Below are positions 1 through 8,727 of a stretch of DNA of 26,472 bases, one piece after another (position 1 is the stretch's first letter; every line of letters starts with the position of its first letter). Position numbers and translations under genes: made by a program. The DNA comes from a virus (lineage: Duplodnaviria; Heunggongvirae; Uroviricota; Caudoviricetes): IMG/VR virus record IMGVR_UViG_2630968705_000016; one strand, written 5' to 3'. The notes beneath the pieces were generated by a model. The model saw only the letters and a list, made by a program, of their open reading frames with translations. It was not told where the DNA came from and did not search any database.

Positions 1-555
1 ATGCTTATTGGCTATGTACGTGTGTCAACAAATGACCAGAACACAGATCTACAACGTAATGCGCTGAACTGTGCAGGATGCGAGCTGATTTTTGAAGACA
101 AAATAAGCGGTACAAAGTCCGAAAGGCCGGGACTGAAAAAACTGCTCAGGACATTATCGGCAGGTGACACTCTGGTTGTCTGGAAGCTGGATCGGCTGGG
201 GCGCAGTATGCGGCATCTTGTCGTGCTGGTGGAGGAACTGCGCGAAAGTGGCGTTAATTTTCGCAGCCTGACGGATGCTATTGATACCAGCACGCCGATG
301 GGGCGTTTTTTCTTTCATGTGATGGGTGCCCTGGCTGAAATGGAACGAGAACTGATTGTTGAACGGACAAAAGCTGGACTGGAGGCCGCTCGGGTGCAGG
401 GGCGAATTGGTGGGCGCCGCCCCAAACTTACACCAGAGGAATGGGCGCAGGCCGGGCGATTAATTGTATCAGGAGTTCCTCGCCAGAAGGTGGCTATTAT
501 CTATGATGTTGGTGTGTCAACTTTGTATAAGCGGTTTCCAGTAGGTGATAAATAG
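1..555 (+). CDS. pin: Serine recombinase, DNA invertase (Pin/Hin/Gin/Cin family)
   Basis: 184-aa ORF from ATG at 1. N-terminus MLIGYVRVSTNDQ with catalytic Ser context, VVWKLDRLGRS and C-terminal HTH (VSTLYKRF) match my recollection of Pin/Hin invertases nearly residue for residue. Confidence 0.9.
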   Translation: MLIGYVRVSTNDQNTDLQRNALNCAGCELIFEDKISGTKSERPGLKKLLRTLSAGDTLVVWKLDRLGRSMRHLVVLVEELRESGVNFRSLTDAIDTSTPMGRFFFHVMGALAEMERELIVERTKAGLEAARVQGRIGGRRPKLTPEEWAQAGRLIVSGVPRQKVAIIYDVGVSTLYKRFPVGDK

Positions 556-820
556 AACTAAAGAAAGTTCATAGGTAGGAGTATGCAATGACATATTGTT
601 TGAAATTTATACTATAAAATTAAACGATTAACAGTTTTATACTATATCAAAGCAGATTCAGGACATTTGAGTAGTGAGATAATCGCTTTATTATAGCATC
701 CATATTATGTCGAACATTGTTGCGAAGCCTCTGTAAGGTTAATGCTTGTTTTTATTATAACTATTTGATATGTTGAGTTTTAGATTGCAATATTAATGTC
801 AGTTTAGCGATAAAGGGGAG

Positions 821-1999
821 TTGATGAACAGTTCAGCATTTGTACTTGAAGATAAGAGAGTTGATTGTCTCTCTGTTATTCACACGACAAAATTATCAGA
901 GTATTTATTATTTGCTGAAAAAGCATATGAAGAGAAAGGTGGCATATATGGTCAAAGGGCTCCTCTTAAAACTAAAACTGCTCAAACTATTCGTGAGAGA
1001 ATGGTATCTGATATAATTGATGGGGCTGTTTTACCTCCAATAGTTATCGGAGTAATTGTTGATAATGATACTTATGAGCTTATTAGAAATGTTCGCGATG
1101 ATAAATCATTTGAAGATTTAAATAAAACTATTGATAAATCGTCTTTATCCATTATAGATGGTATGCAAAGAACTACAGCTTTTTTAGAGGCTGTAAAACA
1201 AAGTGAAGAGGTAAAAAATAAGACAATAAGGATAGAATATTGGTTTTCGAAAAGCATGAATAGCCTGATATACAGAATGTTAGTTCTGAATACAGGCCAA
1301 GTTCCATGGGATATAAAAAGGCAATTAGATACTATTTATGACTCTATAATCAAAGAGTTAAAAGAGTCTATACCTAATTTAGACATCAGACTTATTGGGC
1401 AGTCAAGCAGGAGAACGCAAGCAGGCCAATATCAAAGTAGTAAGTTAATAGAGTATTTTTTGTGTTTTTCATCCAGAAAGACTGACATAGACCTTAAAGA
1501 GAAAGTTTCAGAAGATTTTGCTCGCATGGATGCTATTGAGTCAACCTCAGATAATGACTTTTTATCTAAATTTAAATCAGTGCTTAAATTAATGGTTGAC
1601 TTAGATCATGAGTTTTCAAGATTCAAAGATGAGCAGCAGGAGGGGCGCATCAAAGTCGGTAAGGATATATTTACAAGTATTCCTGCTGGTGTAGGGTTTG
1701 TTGCAGCAGCTGCAACATATATTTATGGCCCTCCAGGATTCAAATCCACTAAAGAAGAAAGTGACAGGTGCTGTCAGGATCTTATTAAAAAAGTCTCTGG
1801 TTTAATTGATAAACTCAAAGATTTAAAGGAAAATGAGTTAGGGCTGTTTTTACAGTTTCCTCTTTTAAATGAAAAGTTGAGTGCCAGATCTAGTAAAATA
1901 GGTCAATATGAAAGGGAGTTTTATTATAAAGCTTTTGAAGCTTGTTTTAAATATATTGAAAGATTAGAAGATTTTGGACCATGTTGGCAGGCTAAGTAA
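821..1999 (+). CDS. Hypothetical protein with DGQHR/DUF262-like (ParB/Srx superfamily) motifs; candidate defence component
   Basis: 392-aa ORF in a strongly AT-rich block. RBS AAGGGGAG upstream (start could be the second ATG at 824). Motifs IYGQRAP, then PPIVIGVIV, then SIIDGMQRTTAF (nt 1157-1171) resemble the QR...DGQ(H/Q)R signature of DndB/DUF262 proteins. Stop overlaps the next start (TAATG at 1997-2001). Confidence 0.7.
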   Translation: MMNSSAFVLEDKRVDCLSVIHTTKLSEYLLFAEKAYEEKGGIYGQRAPLKTKTAQTIRERMVSDIIDGAVLPPIVIGVIVDNDTYELIRNVRDDKSFEDLNKTIDKSSLSIIDGMQRTTAFLEAVKQSEEVKNKTIRIEYWFSKSMNSLIYRMLVLNTGQVPWDIKRQLDTIYDSIIKELKESIPNLDIRLIGQSSRRTQAGQYQSSKLIEYFLCFSSRKTDIDLKEKVSEDFARMDAIESTSDNDFLSKFKSVLKLMVDLDHEFSRFKDEQQEGRIKVGKDIFTSIPAGVGFVAAAATYIYGPPGFKSTKEESDRCCQDLIKKVSGLIDKLKDLKENELGLFLQFPLLNEKLSARSSKIGQYEREFYYKAFEACFKYIERLEDFGPCWQAK

Positions 2000-3105
2000 T
2001 GGCAAGAATTAAAGAAAATATAAACTATATTTTTGATGCTATTTGCCATGCTGGTGGTGAAACTGCAACTAGAAAAAAAATGAAGCCGGCACCAGTGGAA
2101 CAAGAGGAAATGAATTGTTTCAAACGGTTAAAATTTAATAAGGGGGAGTCTTTTAGTATATTTAATGGTATTACTATTGCTCACTTCCAAGAAAATATAA
2201 AAGATGATAATGGTTCTGAAATAATTATTGATTATTTTGCGGTTAAAAATATCGCATCATCTGAATTTCAAAGTGAGCTTTATAACAATTATTTTAGTAT
2301 ATATGACTTAACTGAATCTTTTTTTGTTTTTCTTTGCCCTATTTTAAATTTAAAAGTTAAAGATGATATTTCGTCGCAAACTATTTCTAATGATCTGCTT
2401 TTCCAGCAAGAGGATCCTTTATATATAGGGCATAATATTTCTGAATTGATTAATTATTTTGAATCAATAACTATTTTTCGGTTGGAGGATTTATCTACAA
2501 ATTTTAATAACTCTTTTCTTTCTTGCGCGTATTATATACTTACTAGTTGCGAGACTTTTGTTACATTACCACTATCAAAAGCTACTGTTGATAAATTGAA
2601 AAATCTTTTCGTTTGTAATGAAAAAATTCCACAGGATAATATCTTTTTATCATTGACTTCATCGCATTTAAAGCATTGTTATCTCGAATTGTATAGGTGT
2701 ATTGAATGGTTGTATGTGATTCCTAGAAGCAGGAGATTAAAAGGTGTAATTCAATTCCCAAGGCCAGCATATGAGCTGGCTCTTCATTGTATTGATGAAC
2801 TATCTTGGCGTAGAAAAGAAGAGGATTCTTTAGCAAAAATTGTATCTGACGTATTAAAAAAAAATGAAACGCTAAGTTTTAAGTTGTTGGGATGTAAAAT
2901 GTTTTCTGAAGAAAACCTTAATTTTAATAATGTAGCAAAGCATTTATACGCAATACGAAATCAATTCGTTCATCAACTTGAAGCCAAAAGAGAAAAAGTT
3001 GTTAGTGATGATGATATAATAGATGCAATTGAAATAATTGCAGATATCGTCATTTCTGCATACGAGTTATATGATGCCGATATAATTGAATGGCAATGTA
3101 ATTGA
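1999..3105 (+). CDS. Hypothetical protein with C-terminal HEPN-like Rx4H motif (putative RNase effector)
   Basis: 368-aa ORF translationally coupled to the upstream gene, same AT-rich composition. Motif AIRNQFVH (R-N-x-x-x-H, nt 2956-2973) near the C-terminus fits the HEPN Rx4-6H signature. No other recognisable domain. Confidence 0.65.
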   Translation: MARIKENINYIFDAICHAGGETATRKKMKPAPVEQEEMNCFKRLKFNKGESFSIFNGITIAHFQENIKDDNGSEIIIDYFAVKNIASSEFQSELYNNYFSIYDLTESFFVFLCPILNLKVKDDISSQTISNDLLFQQEDPLYIGHNISELINYFESITIFRLEDLSTNFNNSFLSCAYYILTSCETFVTLPLSKATVDKLKNLFVCNEKIPQDNIFLSLTSSHLKHCYLELYRCIEWLYVIPRSRRLKGVIQFPRPAYELALHCIDELSWRRKEEDSLAKIVSDVLKKNETLSFKLLGCKMFSEENLNFNNVAKHLYAIRNQFVHQLEAKREKVVSDDDIIDAIEIIADIVISAYELYDADIIEWQCN

Positions 3106-3917
3106 ATTTTATATGTTGTGATTAATTAATCATCTAGTCACCCAATGAGTATTACAAAGTATATTTTATGCTGGAATGCAAATTGGGTGAGTTATTATAT
3201 AATGGTGATTGGTCATTAAGTGCTGTAGGGCATATATATTAAAAATAAATATGTCTATTTCTGGAAACTACAAAGTATTGGCAAGGTTTTATTATGCTAA
3301 AGGTGTTATTTTATTATTTTAAAATACCTTAGTGTCCATCGTTTATTTTTATTATAAATCAATCTTAAATTTTACAATGCTGATGTATTGCAATTAAAAA
3401 AATGGCTTAAGCTTATTTTTCTTGTTTTTGATATAAATATTAATGTTGTGTTTTTTTTAAAATAAACATTTAACTCATAACTATTATAGTTAATAAAAAG
3501 AAAATAATATTTTATTATATACTATTGAGTTAGTATTCCGTATTGGCGATTTAATTGAAAGATAACGAAATTCTTCCGCCACCGCTTTGAGTTGCGAGAA
3601 AAGTCATCTATTCGAATGCGTATTATGGAATCATGGTTTCATTAATGGTTATTCAGTAGAGAACCATCTTCATCTGGCACAAAATAACGATAGTTATGAC
3701 TGTCTACATCTCGGAAATATAATAATTTTTAATGCGACTTATTGCGGTTTCCTTTTCATATTACCTTGCAACGATCAGTTTTGTAGCTTATTTCTGCAAT
3801 AAAGTTATTTACAGTTTCGCGGTTTTTCTCTTGCATTTGTTCAGTAAAGCAACTTGCCAGCATACTGGACTGCACCTTAATCAGTTGGACGTCCAACTGA
3901 TTAAGGTGCATTTTTTT

Positions 3918-4399
3918 ATGGCAAAGCCAAAATATTCTCTCGAAACCAGTAATCATTATCTTGCCGGACATAATGGCGCACGTCGTATCGCTGAACGTTT
4001 TGGTGTTGAAGAAACATCAGTGCGACGCTGGGTAAGAGCCAGGCAACTCCACGGTATTGATGGTATTACATTGAAAAATGACCGTCACTCTCCTGAGTTT
4101 CGACTGACGGTTGTCCAGAGGGGTCTGAGTGAAGAACTTACCATGCGCGAGGATGCCGCACGGTTTAATATCTCAAATGAATCCGTTGTTAGGCACTGGG
4201 TGAAGATTTACAAAAACACTGGTGAAGAAGGACTTCTGAACATAAAACCAGGCCGGAGCAAGGACATGACAAAACCTCAAAAACACCTCCACTTACCGAT
4301 GCAGAACTGGAAAAGTTATCTCCCGAAGAACTGCGGACTCAACTCCGTTACCTTCGCGCAGAAAATGCCTATCTAAAAAAGCTGAAGGCCTTAGTTTAA
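3918..4399 (+). pseudogene. IS3-family transposase OrfA, frameshifted
   Basis: Starts MAKPKYSLETSNHYLAGHNGARRIAERFGV (HTH). The expected C-terminus ...ELRTQLRYLRAENAYLKKLKALV is readable only in a different frame from the N-terminal part, implying a frameshift near 4270-4300. Confidence 0.7.
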
Positions 4400-5266
4400 A
4401 GCGAGAAAAACGGGAGAAAGCCCGGATAATCAGTGAATTAAGGCTGAAGCATGCGCTCGGTGATCTTCTGCGTGCCGCGGGGATGTCCCGCAGTACGTGG
4501 TATCACAATATGAATGCCCTGAAGCGAGTGGACAGGCATGCCGGACTGAAAGACAAAAACAGAGAGATTTATCACTATCACAAAGGGCGTTATGGCTACC
4601 GCAGAATCACGCTCTCACTGGGAAACAGGGCTTGTTGGTAAACCATAAAACAGTGTAGCGGCTGATGGCAGAGCTGTCGCTCCGCTCTGTGATAAGGGTG
4701 AAGAAATATCGTTCTTGGAAAGGGGAAGTAGGCAAGGCTGCGCCCAACATCCTGAGCCGGAACTGTGGTGCAACGAAGGCCAACGAAAAATGGGTGACGG
4801 AAGTTACAGAATTCTCGGTACAGGGTAAAAAGCTGTACCTGTCGCCAGTTCTCGATCTGTTTAACCGGGAGATTATCTCCTACAGCCTGTCAGAAAGGCC
4901 GGTGATGTAGATGGTTAATACGATGCTGCACGATGCATTCCCAGTGATCGGCCCGGAGGATGCACTGTTGCTGCACACGGATCAGGGCTGGCAATATCGA
5001 ATGGCAGGCTATCAGGCAAAGTTAAAGGCTAAGGGAATGACACAAAGCATGTCGTGCAAGGGAAACTGCCTGGATAACGCAGTGATGGAGAACTTCTTCG
5101 GCACACTGAAATCGGAGTGTTTTTACCTGAACAGGTTCAGCGATCCAGATTAACTGAGGAAGGCTATAGAGGACTATATCCATTATTATAACAACGAGCG
5201 GATCAGCCTGAAATTAAAAGGCCTGAGTCCGGTAGAATACCGAATCCAGGCCCTGAAAACCGCTTA
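4381..5266 (+). pseudogene. IS3-family transposase OrfB (DDE integrase core), disrupted
   Basis: OrfB-like sequence (…WVTEVTEF…[23 protein letters not shown]…, …LLLHTDQGWQY…CLDNAVMENFFGTLKSE…) is split across frames, with a frame break near 4640 and in-frame stops at 4908-4910 (TAG) and 5151-5153 (TAA). Confidence 0.7.
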
Positions 5267-5438
5267 ATATGAGCTGTCCAACTTTATGGGGCAGTCCATA
5301 AGTGGGCTTCTATGTCACTAAAGAGCTGCGGCTCCTTTGCGTATCCTTTTTTGTCTCCTCACCGTCTGGTCGGTGTCTTACTTAGACTGCTAACTTCTTG
5401 TTTTTATTGGTGTTGTCCTTACACCGTCCAATCATGAT

Positions 5439-5466
5439 TGGTGGAGCTGGCGGGAGTTGAACCCGC
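5439..5466 (-). other. tmRNA (ssrA) 3'-end fragment, likely att-site remnant
   Basis: Minus strand reads GCGGGTTCAACTCCCGCCAGCTCCACCA, matching the 3' terminal 28 nt of E. coli ssrA as I recall it. Flanking sequence does not continue as ssrA. Confidence 0.6.
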
Positions 5467-5767
5467 AGACACGTCGTATGCAAGAACTTGCTGCGGCTGG
5501 ATGGTGGACTTTCGATAGTGCGAGTATTGAATGATTTCCATCTATTATAGATTTTACCGTATTTCGGCATGAATGAAACTGAATATCCTCCCACCGACCC
5601 TCCATGACTTTACACCACTGTCTCTGGGGCTGCTATGTGCCAGTAGAGGACGTTGCTAGTGTCAGCCTATGTTAATCAACAGGGAGCAGGTCACACTGTC
5701 GTCTCAGAATACCTAGCGCATAGGTCACACGAACTTCCAACTGTATTGCTTGTTTTCGTGGCTAAGC

Positions 5768-6907
5768 CTATTTTTGTTGATGATACCAATGCAACATCAT
5801 CCGGAGCTTCAATAGAGTTGTACTGTCATCATCCTCAGAACAAAAATTGTATCGCCCGCCTGAATATTCATTTAACTTGTCCAAGTAAAAGCCACCCATT
5901 GGGTCATATCTATCAGAGTGGAGCCAAGTAAACATTTTCTGAAGAACGTAATGCAGGGCATTTTTCGGAAGTGTTGAAATCAACACGCCATGCTTAGTTG
6001 CTAAATCCTCAATATTCATTTCCTGAAGATTATATCTAATCTCTACTGCAATTGGATGTAGTTTACTTAAAAATACGTCAGCTTCATCCTTGAGATGTGC
6101 CTCTTTAACATTCCCCTCGAACAACTTTATTAACTCTTCCACTTCCATTCGGTAATAATCGTTATCACCTCGCACCGCAACTTCTGAAAGAAGCAACTTT
6201 AACTCAGCATGAATGTTATCAGTAGACGGTATAATCTGTTTGGATAGGGTGCTGTAATGTTTTATACGGATTGCTATTACGGAACCCTTTAGGCTTGTTA
6301 GATATTTATACCTATCTTCAATATATGTAATTAGCTCATCGAATTTAATGCCGAAAATAACATCATCTTTCCCTGGCGTGTTGTTGTAAAGGCTTATAGT
6401 GAAATCATTTTCATTGAAAGCATGAAAATGAGGCCAGCTTGCAAACAGTCGCTCACCATCACTATTTTTAAGATTTGTAGGGTGAGCACCAAAGATAGCT
6501 CGAATACTCTTAAAGTATGCGTCATCATCCTCATGTGAAAGATAGGGCGTTTTATTCTTAAAGACATTCGTTGATTTCTTGAAAGGCCACCTCGCTAACT
6601 TATCATCACTCTCAATGATGCGGTGAAGCTGCTGCAACGCCTCCACAGCAATATCAATAGATGATATAAGGCAGTAAACCTGCATGGCCTTGACATCAAT
6701 ATCTTCCGACAGCTCAGGGAAGTTCATCAGATTGCGAACAGAAACGCTTATCCAATCCATGCACGAACAGATAGGGCTGAACTGGTTTTTACCATTTCTG
6801 TTTATGAAGTAGCTGTAAGCAAACTCCCCTTCATTAACCACATCTCGAAAATCAGTTATTAAAGTATCATCAATAGTTACACCAAAATCTGCCTTGGTCA
6901 TCTTCAT
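5768..6907 (-). CDS. Hypothetical protein (about 379 aa), AT-rich orphan gene
   Basis: Long minus-strand ORF. The six-frame track starts at a TTG (6922); the first ATG is at 6907 and a second at 6901. No clear SD. No domain recognised by eye. Confidence 0.75.
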   Translation of the reverse strand: MKMTKADFGVTIDDTLITDFRDVVNEGEFAYSYFINRNGKNQFSPICSCMDWISVSVRNLMNFPELSEDIDVKAMQVYCLISSIDIAVEALQQLHRIIESDDKLARWPFKKSTNVFKNKTPYLSHEDDDAYFKSIRAIFGAHPTNLKNSDGERLFASWPHFHAFNENDFTISLYNNTPGKDDVIFGIKFDELITYIEDRYKYLTSLKGSVIAIRIKHYSTLSKQIIPSTDNIHAELKLLLSEVAVRGDNDYYRMEVEELIKLFEGNVKEAHLKDEADVFLSKLHPIAVEIRYNLQEMNIEDLATKHGVLISTLPKNALHYVLQKMFTWLHSDRYDPMGGFYLDKLNEYSGGRYNFCSEDDDSTTLLKLRMMLHWYHQQK

Positions 6908-7301
6908 GGAAATCACTTTCAAATCAGCACACTTAGAGGTTGATTGTGACCGTTATCATAGGCAAAAACAATTCAGTAGGTTGACCAGCCCCCCCCCATA
7001 ACGCAAAATTGCTCGATTTAAGTATGCATTCCAACTTCCGCTCCTCGCTCATAACAGACATTCACTACAGTTATGGTAGAAGGTATGCATGCTGGGTGGG
7101 GAAAGTATGAAGGAAAAGAAGGCTGCTGTGTCGTTTGACATCACTGCAATCTTCTTATTGGTTATGCGGGTCGTAGTGGGACAAAACTGAGACACATAAG
7201 GCCTAGCAATGGCTTGCAAGGCTTTACATGTTTTGATGTGGTGGGACTTGTGAGCGCAGTGTTGATGGGGTAATGCTTTGAATTAGAAGCGGATTCTTAT
7301 A

Positions 7302-7347
7302 ATTCGTAATGCGAAGGTCGTAGGTTCGACTCCTATTATCGGCACCA
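7302..7347 (+). other. Partial tRNA-Thr(CGU) (thrW-like) 3' portion; integrase att core
   Basis: ATTCGTAATGCGAAGGTCGTAGGTTCGACTCCTATTATCGGCACCA matches the anticodon loop through the CCA end of E. coli tRNA-Thr(CGU). The 5' half (GCCGATATAGCTCAG...) is absent upstream. Confidence 0.7.
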
Positions 7348-7364
7348 TTCAAACATCTCCCCAA

Positions 7365-7450
7365 GTCTACTAAAGTCTTTCAAAACCCCTTATAATCCGC
7401 GTATTAAAGCCCCGTTCGTCTTTTGACGTCTACTAAAGTCCCTCAAAATC
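7365..7450 (+). promoter_or_regulatory. Two direct repeats (GTCTACTAAAGTCyyTCAAAA), putative integrase arm-type binding sites
   Basis: Near-identical 21-23 bp copies at 7365-7386 and 7428-7450, between the tRNA fragment and the integrase start. Confidence 0.4.
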
Positions 7451-7512
7451 TACGGTCAGATGGGGGTACTTATGGGGGTATTTGCTGTTCGGTTTAGTGG
7501 AGGTACCCCCAA

Positions 7513-8727
7513 GTGAAACTCAATGCCCGTCAAATAGACACAGCCAAGCCAAAAGAGAAGGCTTACAAGCTGGCCGATGGTGGCGGTTTGTATCTCTTGG
7601 TAAAACCTAATGGAGGTAAATACTGGCGACTTAAATATCGTGTAGCTGGTAAAGAGAAGCTATTGGCACTAGGTGTGTATCCTGAGGTTACTCTAGCCGA
7701 TGCTCGGGCAAAACGAGAAGATGCGAAAAGAGGTATCGCTGGTGGTATCGATCCGATGGAAGCGAAACGAGAGGAAAAGATTGCCCGGGAAACGCAGTTA
7801 AACAACACCTTCAAAGATATTGCCCTTGAGTGGCACAGCAGCAAATTAAAAAAATGGTCTGCTGGTTATGCTTCAGACATCCTCGAAGCCTTCAACAAAG
7901 ATGTGTTCCCTTACATTGGCAAAAAACCAATCGCCGAAATCAAACCACTTGAACTTCTGAATGTGCTGCGGCGCATCGAGGGGCGCGGTGCGACAGAAAA
8001 AGCCAAAAAAGTGAGGCAGCGGTGCGGGGAAGTTTTCCGTTATGCAATAGTCACTGGTCGCGCAGAGTATAACCCTGCACCAGACCTTACTAGCGCGATG
8101 CAAGGCCATGAATCTAATCATTACCCTTTCCTTACGACCAAAGAATTACCTGATTTTTTCAAGGCATTGTCCAGTTACTCAGGAAGCGCATTGGTTGTTA
8201 TGGCGGCTCGTCTACTGATTATCACCGGCTTGCGAACTGGCGAACTACGTGGCGCATTATGGGATGAAATTGATTTCAACAAGGCTATATGGGAGATACC
8301 CGCTTCACGTATGAAAATGCGGCGGCCTCATATTGTGCCATTGTCTGAGCAGGCTCTTTCGCTTATTGGGAAGATTAGAGAAATAACAGGCAATTACCCT
8401 CTTATGTTTCCCGGGCGCAATGATCCAAGGAAAACAATGAGTGAGGCCAGCATAAACCAAGTGTTTAAGCGCATTGGCTACGCTGGACGTGTAACTGGTC
8501 ATGGGTTCCGACACACTATGAGCACGATTTTGCATGAGCAGGGCTATAACACCGCGTGGATAGAAACGCAGCTCGCTCACGTTGATAAGAACTCAATTCG
8601 TGGCACATACAACCATGCGCAATATCTGGATGGACGGCGGGAGATGCTTCAATGGTATGCCGACTATATGGATTCTCTCGAGCATGGCGGAAATGTGGTG
8701 CATATGGTGTTTGAAAAACACGCATGA
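7513..8727 (+). CDS. int: Tyrosine recombinase, P4-type phage integrase
   Basis: 404 aa, GTG start with GGAGG RBS. N-terminal signature (KLNARQIDTAKPKEK...DGGGLYLLVKPNGGKYWRLKYR) typical of P4-family integrases. Catalytic elements GLRTGELR, HGFRHT and RGTYNHA (R, HxxR, Y) present. Confidence 0.93.
   Translation: MKLNARQIDTAKPKEKAYKLADGGGLYLLVKPNGGKYWRLKYRVAGKEKLLALGVYPEVTLADARAKREDAKRGIAGGIDPMEAKREEKIARETQLNNTFKDIALEWHSSKLKKWSAGYASDILEAFNKDVFPYIGKKPIAEIKPLELLNVLRRIEGRGATEKAKKVRQRCGEVFRYAIVTGRAEYNPAPDLTSAMQGHESNHYPFLTTKELPDFFKALSSYSGSALVVMAARLLIITGLRTGELRGALWDEIDFNKAIWEIPASRMKMRRPHIVPLSEQALSLIGKIREITGNYPLMFPGRNDPRKTMSEASINQVFKRIGYAGRVTGHGFRHTMSTILHEQGYNTAWIETQLAHVDKNSIRGTYNHAQYLDGRREMLQWYADYMDSLEHGGNVVHMVFEKHA

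Larger units (their letters stand above)
3866..5298 (+). mobile_element. Degenerate IS3-family insertion sequence (IS150-like group), about 1433 bp
   Basis: Imperfect terminal inverted repeats: TGGACTGCACCTTAATCAGTTGGACG (3866-3891) versus the reverse complement of 5273-5298 (TGGACTGCCCCATAAAGTTGGACAGC). OrfA with leucine-zipper C-terminus, A AAA AAG slippery heptamer at 4375-4381, OrfB DDE core. Coding frames are broken in several places. Confidence 0.8.

Noticed and set aside
12-293. 93-aa minus-strand ORF inside the invertase gene
   Set aside because: Fully antisense to a well-supported invertase CDS, with S/R-rich low-complexity translation.
3106-3586. Very AT-rich intergenic block with short palindromes (TGATTAATTAATCA at 3114-3127; CACCCAAT...ATTGGGTG at 3141-3190)
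   Set aside because: Palindromes of this size are expected by chance in DNA this AT-rich; most likely a terminator or promoter region of the upstream cassette, not specific enough to call.
3587-3971. ORFs 3587..3802 (+), 3732..4376 (+) N-terminal extension, and 3756..3971 (-)
   Set aside because: They run across the AT-rich intergenic region and the IS left inverted repeat; the real OrfA starts at the ATG at 3918, and the translations upstream are low-complexity.
5382-5931. ORFs 5382..5594 (-) and 5653..5931 (+)
   Set aside because: The first overlaps the ssrA att fragment and IS-flanking sequence; the second is antisense to the 3' end of the 379-aa gene. Neither has initiation signals.
3106-7300. 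Search for an icd 3' duplication (e14-type attachment) after the pin cassette
   Set aside because: No reading frame resembling the isocitrate dehydrogenase C-terminus was seen, so the invertase-bearing element is probably not integrated as e14 is.
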